Shown here: piece by piece, positions 26,621-37,069 of the stretch
Layout: each line of letters opens with the position of its first letter
How positions within the stretch are numbered: position 1 is the stretch's first letter
NCBI GenBank assembly: GCA_963827685.1
Contig: CAWHBU010000004.1
Location: forward strand, 480,001-544,000
Reading direction: 5' to 3'
Source of the DNA: an uncultured delta proteobacterium
GTDB lineage: Bacteria > Desulfobacterota > BSN033 > UBA1163
DNA: 64,000 nucleotides
The notes under the pieces: model-generated
The model's input: the letters and a program-made list of their open reading frames with translations, nothing else
The model's database searches: none
What the model was told of the DNA's origin: nothing
Position numbers and translations under genes: made by a program

Positions 26621-27400
26621 ATGAAAATGAAATCGCTATCTATAGCAATCTTGGTGTTGCTGCTGGTGGCATTCGGCGACAAGATGGTTTTTGGACAAGC
26701 TGTTGGAGCTGGTGGGGAAACGCAAGGTGCCAAGACTCAAAGCATGAATGCCTTAATCAGTCAGGCTCAAAATGCCCTGAATGCCAAGAACTGGCAGGAG
26801 GCCATAAACCTTTTCCAACAACTCATTGTTGCTGATCCTAACCGGTGGGAGTTCTTTCAGGCGCTGGGAAATGCGCAACTCAATCTCGGACGATATGAAG
26901 ATTCTGTCCGTAGCTATGAAAAAGGGGTCCAGGTGGCCCAGAAGGTGCTCTCTGGCTCCGCCCCTAAAGATGTACGAAATCCCGGCTCTGATCCTGCCAA
27001 GGCGAAGTCCGGGATAAGCCAGATGTTGATCGGAGAAGGAAATGCGTACCTTAAACTGCGTAAGAACAATGAGGCGATCGCTGCCTTCAGCAAGGCTGCA
27101 GAAATGTCCGACAATCCTGCCACCGCCTATTTCAATCTCTGCGCGACTCAGTATAACGTTGGCAACATGGAGGGGGCAGAGGTGGCCTGCGACAAGGCCA
27201 TCGCCGCCAACCCTACTAAAGCCGATGCCTACTTCATTAAGGGATCGGCAATGTTCGGAAGGGGCAAGCTCGATGCCCGTAACAAGTATGTGGTTCCTGA
27301 CGGAACTGCAGTTATGTTGAAGAAGTATCTGGAGCTTTCTCCTGGCGGCGCCCATGCTAACGATGTAAAAGCAATGTTGGAGGCGATAGGAGTCAAATAG
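26621..27400 (+). CDS. Exported tetratricopeptide-repeat protein
   Basis: Signal peptide; TPR patterns (ALGNAQLNLGRYEDSV, AYFNLCA, ADAYFIKG). Confidence 0.85.
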   Translation: MKMKSLSIAILVLLLVAFGDKMVFGQAVGAGGETQGAKTQSMNALISQAQNALNAKNWQEAINLFQQLIVADPNRWEFFQALGNAQLNLGRYEDSVRSYEKGVQVAQKVLSGSAPKDVRNPGSDPAKAKSGISQMLIGEGNAYLKLRKNNEAIAAFSKAAEMSDNPATAYFNLCATQYNVGNMEGAEVACDKAIAANPTKADAYFIKGSAMFGRGKLDARNKYVVPDGTAVMLKKYLELSPGGAHANDVKAMLEAIGVK

Positions 27401-27517
27401 GCGCCATACCTAATGGACTGAAGGCCAGGTTTTTACTTTTAATCAAGGGGGGCGTTCATAAAATTATAAGAATGTTAAAAGGGATTTAGGTCATCCATAA
27501 AAAAGGAGGAAATCCAT

Positions 27518-27814
27518 TTGATCAAAAAACTATTTTCCTTTCTCGTAGCGAAGCTGAAGGGTTCTCCCAAAGTGGTTGGGGAGATCATGTATGGACTGTT
27601 GCTCCATGAGACGGTTCTGGTAATGAAAAAGGAAAGAGGGCACCTGGATAACCTCTTTATGCTGGTCATCTATGGAGATCTGATCGGTCTTCCTCTGCTT
27701 CCACCTTTTTATTCTTTGCGATTGCTGCCGCATATCCTCCCCTCTGTTAAAACATGGAAAAGGAGGGTTCTGAGAGAAAAGGATCTGACCGATTTCGTAG
27801 CACATGATCTTTAA
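27518..27814 (+). CDS. Small conserved hypothetical protein (resembles CstA/ArsA-cluster accessory proteins)
   Basis: LDNLFMLVIYGDLIGLPLLPPFYSLRLLP motif; AAGGAGG RBS with TTG start. Confidence 0.6.
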   Translation: MIKKLFSFLVAKLKGSPKVVGEIMYGLLLHETVLVMKKERGHLDNLFMLVIYGDLIGLPLLPPFYSLRLLPHILPSVKTWKRRVLREKDLTDFVAHDL

Positions 27815-28057
27815 TAAGTGATTGGACCTAAGTCATTGGGGACGGGTTATTATTTTAGAATGCGGAATGCAGATTGCGCCTGCCTGCGGTAGCCAGAGAG
27901 TTCGGAATTGTTTTTATCCATTAGGTCAAGAATCAATATGGACATCAAGCTTGATGATGCACTGTAGGGGGAATTGAGTTATCTGTCTCTGATTACTCCG
28001 CTGCTCATACTGTGTCCCTCATGTTGCACTGACCAATAAACCAATAATAGAAATAAG

Positions 28058-29359
28058 ATGATCACTAAGAAGAATCGGGCTACACCGGATATCATTGTTG
28101 TGGGGGGAGGTGCTGCCGGCATGATGGCAGCGGGGCGCGCAGCGGAGCGGGGCGCGAAAGTAATACTCGTTGAAAAGACACACCGTCTGGGGAACAAATT
28201 GCTCCTGACGGGCGGTGGCCGGTGCAACATCACCAACAAGGCTGGCCTCAAGGAATTCGTTAATGCCTTTGGGAAGAATGGCAGATTTCTCTATCGGGCA
28301 TTCACCGTATTTTCGAACAGCGATTTGATCAATTTCTTCAGTTCCCGTGGACTGGAAATGAGGGTTGATCCTGACGGGAAGGTCTTCCCCGCCGATCATC
28401 GTGCCGAAAGCGTGCTTGCCGTATTGCGTCAATATATAGATGACCACCACGTTCGTATCCTTCACAATACCGTCGTAGCAAAACTTATTTTTCAGTCCGG
28501 AGAAAGCTTACGCGCTGGCGGTGTCAGATGTGCCGACCACAGCGTGTTGGATGCCGGAAAAGTAATTGTTGCCGCGGGCGGCATGTCGTATCCGAAGACC
28601 GGATCTTCCGGCGACGGGTACAAGCTGGCAAGACAATGCGGACATTCCATTGTGCCGCTGAGGCCAGGTCTCGTCGCGCTTGAGTCGGACGAGCCATTTC
28701 TTCAGGAATTGCAGGGGATAACGCTTAAAGACATTTCGCTTTCCGTGTGGGTGGACGGAAAAAAGAAGGTTTCAGAGAAGGGCGACATCCTGTTCACACA
28801 TTTTGGTGTATCAGGCCCAACCGTGCTTATTCTTAGTGGGATCGTTATCGATGCGCTGGCTGCTGGCAGCCCTGTCGCCCTTTCACTGCAATTAAGGCCG
28901 GCTCATACAGTTCAAGAACTTGACCCTATTCTTCAGCGGGAGTTTGAGTCCTGCGGGACCGTCACCCTTTCACAGTATTTGAAAGATGCTCTGCCAAAAT
29001 CGTTCGCGCTGCTCTTTGAACGCCGGTGCGCCGCCGAGCCGGGTAAGCGGTGTAGTAAAATCAGCCGGGAGGAGCGGAAAAGAATCGTCTTATGCCTTAC
29101 AGATTTCAGAATAAATATAACAAAACCGAGGCCCATTGAAGAGGCGACCATCACGCGGGGGGGCGTATCGTTAGAAGAAATAAATCCCCAGACAATGGAG
29201 TCGCGGAGAGTGCATGGTTTATTTTTTTGCGGCGAGATGATTGATGTGGATGGAACGACTGGAGGGTATAACCTGCAGGCTGCATTTTCCACGGGATACC
29301 TCGCCGGAGAATCGGCAGCCGGAGCAGACAAAAAGGGGGCAGGCCGGGTCTTGAATTAA
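28058..29359 (+). CDS. HI0933/YhiN/BaiN-family flavoprotein
   Basis: VGGGAAGMMAA, GNKLLLTGGGRCNITN, GDILFTHFGVSGP, ATITRGGV, TGGYNLQAAFSTG. Confidence 0.93.
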   Translation: MITKKNRATPDIIVVGGGAAGMMAAGRAAERGAKVILVEKTHRLGNKLLLTGGGRCNITNKAGLKEFVNAFGKNGRFLYRAFTVFSNSDLINFFSSRGLEMRVDPDGKVFPADHRAESVLAVLRQYIDDHHVRILHNTVVAKLIFQSGESLRAGGVRCADHSVLDAGKVIVAAGGMSYPKTGSSGDGYKLARQCGHSIVPLRPGLVALESDEPFLQELQGITLKDISLSVWVDGKKKVSEKGDILFTHFGVSGPTVLILSGIVIDALAAGSPVALSLQLRPAHTVQELDPILQREFESCGTVTLSQYLKDALPKSFALLFERRCAAEPGKRCSKISREERKRIVLCLTDFRINITKPRPIEEATITRGGVSLEEINPQTMESRRVHGLFFCGEMIDVDGTTGGYNLQAAFSTGYLAGESAAGADKKGAGRVLN

Positions 29360-29383
29360 AGAGTATCGAAAGGAGGATAGATC

Positions 29384-29872
29384 ATGAGACGATATCCATG
29401 GGTATGTACCGTTATTGCCGTAACGCTCGTCTTCAGTCTGTTCATTATTGGGTATGGGCCGAGCAGGGGCAGCAGCAATGATGACCGCTCGACCATGACC
29501 ACAGAGACCTGGAAATCGATTGTTGATCGCGGTGGTGGCAAAGGGGTTTGGACTTTGACTAAGAAATCAGATGGGACGGTGACCGTTACCGGAGAGTGGA
29601 CGTATCTAAACTCCACTACGTGTCCTTTCACTGGAGGAAGCGTGCCCCTCTCGGGCCCTGTTCTTTTGTTCACCGCTACGGGCACAGCGACGAATCCTTC
29701 CGCCCCCCCAGGATATCAGGATTCTCCATTTACCCTCAAAGTCAAGGGTATATTGAAGGACGGAAGGGGGAGTGGAACATATACCATAACCTTCTCAACT
29801 CCAGCGTGGTCGTCAGGTTTTTCAGGGGAATGGACAGCGACACGGACAGAAGGTAAAGGCGTAACAGAATAA
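29384..29872 (+). CDS. Exported beta-rich hypothetical protein
   Basis: AGGAGG RBS, N-terminal hydrophobic segment, G/T-rich strands. Confidence 0.7.
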   Translation: MRRYPWVCTVIAVTLVFSLFIIGYGPSRGSSNDDRSTMTTETWKSIVDRGGGKGVWTLTKKSDGTVTVTGEWTYLNSTTCPFTGGSVPLSGPVLLFTATGTATNPSAPPGYQDSPFTLKVKGILKDGRGSGTYTITFSTPAWSSGFSGEWTATRTEGKGVTE

Positions 29873-29912
29873 TCAACAGAAAGTACAAATAGGATACGGG
29901 GCCGGGTCTTGA

Positions 29913-30224
29913 CGGCCTGTTGCTCAAAAGCCCAATTCAAAAATATCTGAAAATTTAAGTTTCGATGAATGATAGCCGGGGGTAAATAGAACCAAATAGC
30001 ACCATTTGGCCAATTTTAAAGCTCATCAGCTCCTTAAAATCTGAAAAAGACCTTATCTCCCTTGTCACAGCCCCTTTGATCTGCTCCATCATTACCGATG
30101 GACTTCTCTTTAGGTAAGATCCATACCTCAGCAAAACCTCAATGTTCTGGACAGCAGAGATCAGGTATTCCTGTATCTGCACCCGCCAAAGCCCTCTCCA
30201 TCGTGCCCGGTCATATCCATACCG
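29913..30224 (-). mobile_element. IS1182 remnant (3' end of the transposase plus right IR)
   Basis: Near-identical to about 46489-46800 (RYGYDRARWRGLWRVQIQEYLISAVQNIEVLL). Confidence 0.9.
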
Positions 30225-30524
30225 GACTTGCGGCGAGACTGGGACGTAGTTGAAAATTAACACTTTTCCCCCTTCTGCATTACATTTGTGAGTGGGTATC
30301 ATCCATAAAAAGGTTGGCCCTGCAAACAAGAGATCGCAAAGAGCATGGCGCATAGAGCATAGCGCATCACAGACATTTATATGAGGAGATAAGGAGATAG
30401 TATAATAATAGATTGCGGATTGTGGAATGCAAATTGTAAAAACGAATTTCAAAGTCATTGGGACATTTGGGATATTCCATAAGTAAGTCCTGGTAGAACT
30501 CCGAAGACAACTTAAAAATTGCGA

Positions 30525-30701
30525 TGTTAACTTTGAGGAAGAAGATTGCCGAAGCCTTGGAAGGAGAATCTCTTGATTTGCGGGAGATTTCGCAATTGTT
30601 CGGGATCAAAGAAAAAGAAGTTCTTGATCATCTCATGCATATTGAAAAGTCAGTACATCACAGGGGCTTTACTGAAGTGGCTATAGTGTCACACTATTGA
30701 C
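30525..30701 (+). pseudogene. Truncated duplicate of the HTH/Zn-ribbon regulator at 39316
   Basis: MLTLRKKIAEALEGESLDLREISQLFGIKEKEVLDHLMHIEKS, then diverges at an AGTGTCA motif. Zn ribbon lost. Confidence 0.8.
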
Positions 30702-30846
30702 ATATAATTCTACTTTGGGATGTTCCTACATTCATTGAAGCAGTTTAGGATAAGGAAAGTGGCAAAGAATAAAAACGAAATATTAAGATTTCAAAAGAGG
30801 CTGTTATATAAGTGTAAAGTGTAGGCCTGACACTTTAATGTACACT

Positions 30847-31677
30847 CTAATGTAAATTTAATATCTTTCTCGCTTCCGCGGGAGTTGCAATTTCCCTTCC
30901 GAATTCACGAGCGATTATTTTTGCTTTCTCAACAAAATCAACGTTTGATTTGGCCAGCACTCCCTTCGAGAGATAAATATTGTCTTCCATACCTACTCTA
31001 ATATGGCCGCCGGTAATTACAGTCATGTACATTATTGTAAGATACGCCGCTCCTATCCCGAACGCGGAGAATGTTGAACCAGCAGGCAGCTGGCTTTTTA
31101 AATGCATAAAATTTTCTATGGTTGCCGTCATACCGCCTGGCGCGCCAAGGCAAAGCTGAAAGTGGAGGGGCGCTTTAATAAAATCTCTGCTGTAATAATA
31201 CAGCGAATTGTAAAGCATTCCTGTATCAAATATTTCCAGCTCAGGCTTAATATTATTTTCAATTGCAAGCTTACCCAAATTTTCAAGAAACACCGGTGGA
31301 TTAAGAAAAACAGTTGTATTCATCCAATTCATCGATCCCGCGTCATAAGAACACATCTCTGGTTTTAAATTTATTAGTTGTTTTGTTCTGTCTTCAAAGG
31401 TAAGGTTTGGATCCACAGACCCTGATGTTGTCAAATTAAGGACTATATCGCAGTCTTTTTTTGCTCTGATCAGGTTGACCGTCTCTTTAAAAGTTTCATA
31501 TTTCATCGAAGGCGCTTCATCTTCCCCTCTTACGTGTATATGTGCTATGGCAGCTCCCGCCTTCCAGCACGCATAAACCTCTTCTGCTATTTCTTTCGGC
31601 TTTGTGGGCACATATGGAGTATTTTGTTTCTTAGGCCATGCTCCGGTAGGAGCTACAGTAATTATACATTTGTTCAT
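30847..31677 (-). CDS. Beta-keto acid cleavage enzyme (BKACE / DUF849, Kce-like)
   Basis: IITVAPTGA, AGAAIAHIHVR, KPELEIFD, GGHIRVGMEDN, ATPAEARKIL. Confidence 0.93.
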   Translation of the reverse strand: MNKCIITVAPTGAWPKKQNTPYVPTKPKEIAEEVYACWKAGAAIAHIHVRGEDEAPSMKYETFKETVNLIRAKKDCDIVLNLTTSGSVDPNLTFEDRTKQLINLKPEMCSYDAGSMNWMNTTVFLNPPVFLENLGKLAIENNIKPELEIFDTGMLYNSLYYYSRDFIKAPLHFQLCLGAPGGMTATIENFMHLKSQLPAGSTFSAFGIGAAYLTIMYMTVITGGHIRVGMEDNIYLSKGVLAKSNVDFVEKAKIIAREFGREIATPAEARKILNLH

Positions 31678-32368
31678 GGAAATCCTCCTCAGAAAAAACT
31701 TTCAATTGATAAAAATTCGTTTAATGAAGCATTATAGTCCGATCATTTCGAAGATTATTTCATGGATCTTGGTCATGGTCTTATTTGAGAAGCCAAGGTT
31801 TGAATACTGTATTGGGAGGTTGACGCCCAGCTGGTCCAGAAAATTATCCCATAAATCAATCCATACCCTCTTTTGACAAACTCCACCGCTTTCTATCCGA
31901 CAAATCGGGGCAAACAAATACCTGGCCGCGGCACCAGAAATAATGAAAAAAGACTCACCAATTCGGCTGACAGAAACGTAAGGACGCCTGTAATTATATC
32001 CTCTAAGATCACATCCACTCTGCGGCTCCTTTAGCTGCATATAGGTTGAGCCCCGTTGGAGGGGTAATGAGATCTATCTCACACGATAATCAATAATTAT
32101 ATTTGGCTACTATAAATGAGAAGATCTCAATCAGTTGCCAGAAATCTGCTCCGACAACTTCTTCAAAAATCCCACGATCTTAACGGCCACAGAAGATAAT
32201 ATCCTCCAGTTCGCCACGCAAACCCTTCAAAGCAAAACCTAGTATTCATAAAGAGAAGAAACATATAGTGCCCATTCAGCAGAAACTATCTAAATTCACC
32301 TAAGAATTTTCAATCAATTCCTGATTATGAAAAAAGTGTTTTCAGTTTTTGAAGAGAAAAACATACTT

Positions 32369-32408
32369 TAAGGCATCCCGGAAGCTACTAGGAACCCGGG
32401 ATGCCTTA
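32369..32408 (-). terminator. Hairpin downstream of the ABC substrate-binding gene
   Basis: TAAGGCATCCCGG-loop-CCGGGATGCCTTA. Confidence 0.6.
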
Positions 32409-32447
32409 AAAACATTGATTAACATCTAATCATTTTCCCATACCCGT

Positions 32448-33665
32448 TTATTTCATCTTGCATCCTGTTTCCTCACAGGGTACTTCTACAGACTTTGCGG
32501 TAGTCATGCCAGCAGGTGCTTCGAAAGCATGGTTGAAATATTTTGTCTTTTTAACAATTTCAGTATACCATAACGGGACCTGTGCCTGGTGATCACAAGC
32601 ACGCATCGTCCAAACACCAGCTGGACCGTCATAGGAAAGGCCTTCCCATGCTTTGATGACAGCCGCTACATCCATTGTTCCGGCTTTTTTGACCGCCTCA
32701 GCCCAGAACATCGTAGATAAATAAGCTTTTCCACGCAGCCATGTCGGATAGTATCCCTTCTCTTTAAAGAACTTAGCTACGAATTCCTCATTCTTTTTCG
32801 TGGGAATGGAAAGAGTGTAAACTTCGGCACCCATGTTGCCAATCATAATTTCGTCGTCGCCCAGTGCCTGAATTGTGAATTCATCATTGATATAGTAAGA
32901 GAACACTATCTGTTTCATCCCCATGGGACGCCCCTGTTTTAGGAGTATGGTCAAGTCATTGCCCCAGTTCGGCGTGAAGATAGCATCCGGTGTTGCCGCA
33001 ATGATCTGACTGATATAGGGGGCGTAATCCTTTGTTCCGGCAGGATGGTAAAGCTCGGCCACGATTTTCGCGGAAGGGTTGACTTGGGCAAATTTCTTTT
33101 TAAATGCTGACAACGCCTCGTACCCAAAGGAATAATCCTGGGCGATGATAGCGACCTTCTTGTAGCCTTTCCTCGCTATCAGCTCGGCCAACGCATAGGA
33201 ATGCTGGTCAGTATTGGCGCATGTTCGGAAGAAGTTTTTGCTACACTTTGCGCCGGTCATACTCGCGGCCGCCATTCCATAGCTAATCATGATTACATTC
33301 TGTTTTTCTGCAAGCTGTTCCATAGCAGCGCCAACAGAACTTCCCGTACCGCCGCAGAAAAACTTTACGCCATCTTTCAAAATCAGGTTTTGAGCTTTAC
33401 GAGTTGCCACATCCGGTTTCAATTCAGAATCGATCGGGATAACTTCGACTTTGTTGCCGAGCAGTCCTCCTTTTTCATTAATAACTTTTGCCCCATAGAC
33501 CACGCCATCCAGATAACGGTCGCCGATATCTTTGAAAGTTCCCGAGAGAGGCTCCGTCGCTCCGATTTTAATGGTGTCCTTAGCTGGTGCATAATCGGGC
33601 AGCACCACCATCAAGGCCAAAAATAATACACCTAAACCTAAACCAAACACAAAAATTTTTTTCAT
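32448..33665 (-). CDS. HAAT (branched-chain amino acid type) ABC substrate-binding protein
   Basis: Signal peptide MKKIFVFG, IKIGATEPLSG, INEKGGLLG, DYSFG; AAGGAGG RBS. Confidence 0.9.
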   Translation of the reverse strand: MKKIFVFGLGLGVLFLALMVVLPDYAPAKDTIKIGATEPLSGTFKDIGDRYLDGVVYGAKVINEKGGLLGNKVEVIPIDSELKPDVATRKAQNLILKDGVKFFCGGTGSSVGAAMEQLAEKQNVIMISYGMAAASMTGAKCSKNFFRTCANTDQHSYALAELIARKGYKKVAIIAQDYSFGYEALSAFKKKFAQVNPSAKIVAELYHPAGTKDYAPYISQIIAATPDAIFTPNWGNDLTILLKQGRPMGMKQIVFSYYINDEFTIQALGDDEIMIGNMGAEVYTLSIPTKKNEEFVAKFFKEKGYYPTWLRGKAYLSTMFWAEAVKKAGTMDVAAVIKAWEGLSYDGPAGVWTMRACDHQAQVPLWYTEIVKKTKYFNHAFEAPAGMTTAKSVEVPCEETGCKMK

Positions 33666-33699
33666 AAATGCCTCCTTTCTTCTTTTGTTAGTTAAATTT

Positions 33700-34416
33700 T
33701 TAAACCTCCAAGTAATTCTTCCGCGCATCTTCTGCTGCCAGGAGAGCTTCTGGATCCCCTGCAAAAACCATTTGCCCCTTGCTCATGATATAAAAACGAT
33801 CTGCAATTTTGATGGCCGCCTTGAAATTTTGTTCCACCATAAGGACGGTTATACCTGATTTTCGAACTGCTACCAGCATATCCAACACGTCTTTTACCAA
33901 TAAAGGAGCAAGGCCTTCCGTCGGTTCGTCTACAAGAATAAGGCGAGGATTTCCCATCAGTGTTCTTACTACAGTTAGTATCTGTTGCTCTCCACCTGAA
34001 AGATGACCACCCTTGCTGTTTGCTCTTTCCTTAAGACTGGGAAAAAGATCATAAACCCTGTCGATTGTCCAAGCCCACTCTCCTAAATTCTCCTTATTCT
34101 TTTGTCTGATTCCTATCAGAAGATTTTCATGTACTGTAAGGCTTCGAAAAATGCGCCGTTCTTCGGGAACATAGCCAACACCAAGATTGGCAATTTCAAA
34201 GGGCTCTCTGCCGATTAATTCCTGACCGTGGAATCGAATGCTACCTTGTTTCGGCTGGACAACACCAATGATACTTTTTAACGTAGTCGATTTGCCAACG
34301 CCATTTCTTCCAAGAAGACAGACCAACTCTCCCTCTTTTAAACACAAAGAAACACCCTGGAGAATATGACTCTTTCCATAATAACTATGAATATCATTTA
34401 CTTCTAACATGGTCAT
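33700..34416 (-). CDS. livF: ABC ATPase, LivF-like
   Basis: GRNGVGKST, LSGGEQQ, DEPTEGLAP. Confidence 0.9.
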   Translation of the reverse strand: MTMLEVNDIHSYYGKSHILQGVSLCLKEGELVCLLGRNGVGKSTTLKSIIGVVQPKQGSIRFHGQELIGREPFEIANLGVGYVPEERRIFRSLTVHENLLIGIRQKNKENLGEWAWTIDRVYDLFPSLKERANSKGGHLSGGEQQILTVVRTLMGNPRLILVDEPTEGLAPLLVKDVLDMLVAVRKSGITVLMVEQNFKAAIKIADRFYIMSKGQMVFAGDPEALLAAEDARKNYLEV

Positions 34417-35156
34417 CCTTCCCCTAGATAAGCGTCTTTTACACTCTGATCAAGCCTGATTTTCTCGGGTATGTCAGACATAAGGATGGTACCATAATGA
34501 AGAACGGAAATAGTATTGGCAAGTGAAAATACCACTTCCATATCATGCTCGATAATAATCAGCGTGCGACCGGCCGTCACTTTATCAATCATCTTGATTG
34601 CCTTATCTGTTTCCTCGCGCGTCATACCAGCGGTAGGTTCATCAAGAAGAATCAATTCTGGTTCAGTGGAAAGGGTCATGCCGATTTCCAAGGCTCTTTG
34701 CTGTCCGTAAGACAAGGAACTGGCTGCTTGGTCCTTGACACTCATCAGACCAACTTCAGCAACAATTTCTTCTGTTTTTTCAATTATGTCCCGATCAGAA
34801 GCAGGCTTTTTAAAAAAATGATACCGCAGACCAAGCCGGGAACGCGTTCCGGAGAGGATGTTTTCAAATACACTCAATTCTTGGAAAACATTCGTGATTT
34901 GGAAGGATCGGGAGATGCCATATCGGTTCAAGACGTGAGGGGGTTTCCCAGTTATATCCTGTCCCTTGAAAAGAATAGCCCCGGAAGATGGTTTGAATTT
35001 ACCGCTGATAATATTGAAAAGAGTTGTCTTTCCTGCTCCGTTGGGACCGATGATGGCATGATGTTCTTTCTCTTTGGCACTGAAGTCAACACCTGTCAGA
35101 ATCTCTAAGCCCGAAAAGTCCTTGTAAATATCCTGGACATGCAGGTAATCGCTCAT
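34413..35156 (-). CDS. livG: ABC ATPase, LivG-like
   Basis: GPNGAGKTT, LSYGQQR, LDEPTAG, IEHDM. Confidence 0.9.
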   Translation of the reverse strand: MSDYLHVQDIYKDFSGLEILTGVDFSAKEKEHHAIIGPNGAGKTTLFNIISGKFKPSSGAILFKGQDITGKPPHVLNRYGISRSFQITNVFQELSVFENILSGTRSRLGLRYHFFKKPASDRDIIEKTEEIVAEVGLMSVKDQAASSLSYGQQRALEIGMTLSTEPELILLDEPTAGMTREETDKAIKMIDKVTAGRTLIIIEHDMEVVFSLANTISVLHYGTILMSDIPEKIRLDQSVKDAYLGEG

Positions 35157-36154
35157 GATATTAATCCCTCTGCCGCGGCGGATCTGGCGCCATTATTGTT
35201 CTTTTTCCCAAAAAACCGCTGCCGCATATTCGTAATGACCTCGGACAAGCCGCCAGGGATGAACAGCACCATGAGGACAAAGATGAATCCCATGAAGAGC
35301 GGCCAGCGATCCGTAATATTACTCAGATAGTTCTGGAGAATAATATAGACAAAGGCGCCCAGGATAGGCCCCCAGAATGTTTTCGTTCCTCCGACAAAGG
35401 TCATAAGTAGTACCGCTGTTGTCATATCGATACTGATCGCCGAAACGGAAACAAACTGGAAATGGAGCGTATAAAAGCTGCCGGCAAGTCCCGCCACCGC
35501 TCCGGTAAAAGTAAAAAGAATAAGGCGGCTGATGTTTGTGTTGTAACCAAGGAATTTCATCCGTTCCTCGTTTTCGCGCATAAGCAGAACAGTTCTGCCC
35601 ATAGCTGTATGCGTAAAATACCAGCAAAAAGTGATCGAAGCTCCGACAATAATCAGAGTTAAGTAATAAAAGTGCGTCAGGCTGCCCATGGAAATGGAAG
35701 TAAACCACAGATTGAGATCCGGTCTCGTAATGCTGAGGCCGTCGTCACCGCCAGTGACGGAATGCCATTTTGTAGCCAAGGCATAAAAAAGTGCATTGAA
35801 GGCCAGCGTCAGCAGGGCAAAATATGCTCCCTTGTGCCGCAGAAGAAGACTGCCGATGATAAAACCTGAGATAATGGTTGTTACGATTCCTATCAATATA
35901 GCATTCCACAGGGCTAGTCCCGGAATATGAATAATCGCCACGGCTGTTATGAAGGCGCCAAGACCGAAAAACATGGCATGACCGAAGGACAGAAGCCCCG
36001 CGTAACCGAGAAGAAGATTATAGCTGATAGCATAAAGAGAGAAGATGATAATTTCTGTCAACATGTTCAGATAATATTGTTTCATGATAGCAGGCATAAA
36101 AGCTCCTGCCGCGAATAATGCTATAATGATGAAAGAAGTACTTTTCTGTTTCAT
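35153..36154 (-). CDS. livM: ABC permease, LivM-like
   Basis: LLGYAGLLSFGHA, YFALLTLAF, GPILGA. Confidence 0.9.
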   Translation of the reverse strand: MKQKSTSFIIIALFAAGAFMPAIMKQYYLNMLTEIIIFSLYAISYNLLLGYAGLLSFGHAMFFGLGAFITAVAIIHIPGLALWNAILIGIVTTIISGFIIGSLLLRHKGAYFALLTLAFNALFYALATKWHSVTGGDDGLSITRPDLNLWFTSISMGSLTHFYYLTLIIVGASITFCWYFTHTAMGRTVLLMRENEERMKFLGYNTNISRLILFTFTGAVAGLAGSFYTLHFQFVSVSAISIDMTTAVLLMTFVGGTKTFWGPILGAFVYIILQNYLSNITDRWPLFMGFIFVLMVLFIPGGLSEVITNMRQRFFGKKNNNGARSAAAEGLIS

Positions 36155-37017
36155 TATTGTTCCTCACCAAATAACCCAGAAGGCTTGGTGATCAAAACAA
36201 CAGCCATGAGCAGATAAACAAGCGCAATCGACAATTTAGGGAAAAGAAGGACTCCAAAAGATTGGAGTTCGCCGATGAGAAATGAGGCAACAACGGCGCC
36301 ACCAAGGCTTCCGAAACCACCAACAACGATGACCACAAAGGCATCGATCAAAATTTCTTGGGCCATGCCGGGAAAGGTGGAAAGAAGAGGTCCTGCAATG
36401 ACGCCGGCAAACCCCGAAAGCGCCGCACCGAAGGCGAATACACCCATAAACACGAAAGGCACGTTTACCCCCAGGATATTGGTCATTTCGCTGTCGTTCA
36501 CAGATGCCCTAAGAATGATCCCCAGTCGAGTCTTATAGAGAATAAAGGCCATGACCGTCCCGACAAAAATAGCGCAAAGAAAGATGAATATACGGTATAC
36601 AGGATAAGTTATTCCGAAAATCGGAATGGTGGAGCCAAGAAACCCACCGATGTTGACGGCTAAGGGGTAATTCCCCCAGTTCCATTTTACGAGCTCCGTG
36701 ATGATATACGCCAGCCCAAAGGTCAGTAGAAGCTCCTGAACATGGCCGTATGCATGGACACGCCGAAGTAGAAAACGCTCAATCAAAGCACCGATGATAA
36801 ATAGAATTACAGGACAGACCATTAGGGATAACCAAAATTGTCCCGTAAAATGTAACATGATCGAATAGGAAAAATAGGCACCCAACATATACATGGCTGC
36901 ATGGGCGAAGTTCAAAACGTTCATCATGCCGAAGACCAGCGTGAGACCTGCAGAAACGAGAAAAAGAAGTCCAGCATAGGCCAACCCGTGGAGAAAAAAA
37001 ATGGGAATTTCGCTCAT
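36154..37017 (-). CDS. livH: ABC permease, LivH-like
   Basis: GLTLVFGMMNVLNFAH, VVVGGFGS, KPSGLFG. Confidence 0.9.
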   Translation of the reverse strand: MSEIPIFFLHGLAYAGLLFLVSAGLTLVFGMMNVLNFAHAAMYMLGAYFSYSIMLHFTGQFWLSLMVCPVILFIIGALIERFLLRRVHAYGHVQELLLTFGLAYIITELVKWNWGNYPLAVNIGGFLGSTIPIFGITYPVYRIFIFLCAIFVGTVMAFILYKTRLGIILRASVNDSEMTNILGVNVPFVFMGVFAFGAALSGFAGVIAGPLLSTFPGMAQEILIDAFVVIVVGGFGSLGGAVVASFLIGELQSFGVLLFPKLSIALVYLLMAVVLITKPSGLFGEEQ

Positions 37018-37069
37018 TTGTTTATCCCTTGATATTGAGAGGTCTATATTCCCCTTTAGGTGTTATTTT

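Noticed and set aside
31732-32340. Gene or pseudogene between BKACE and the ABC binding protein
   Set aside because: Only short motif-less ORFs; I could not reconstruct a coherent reading frame.
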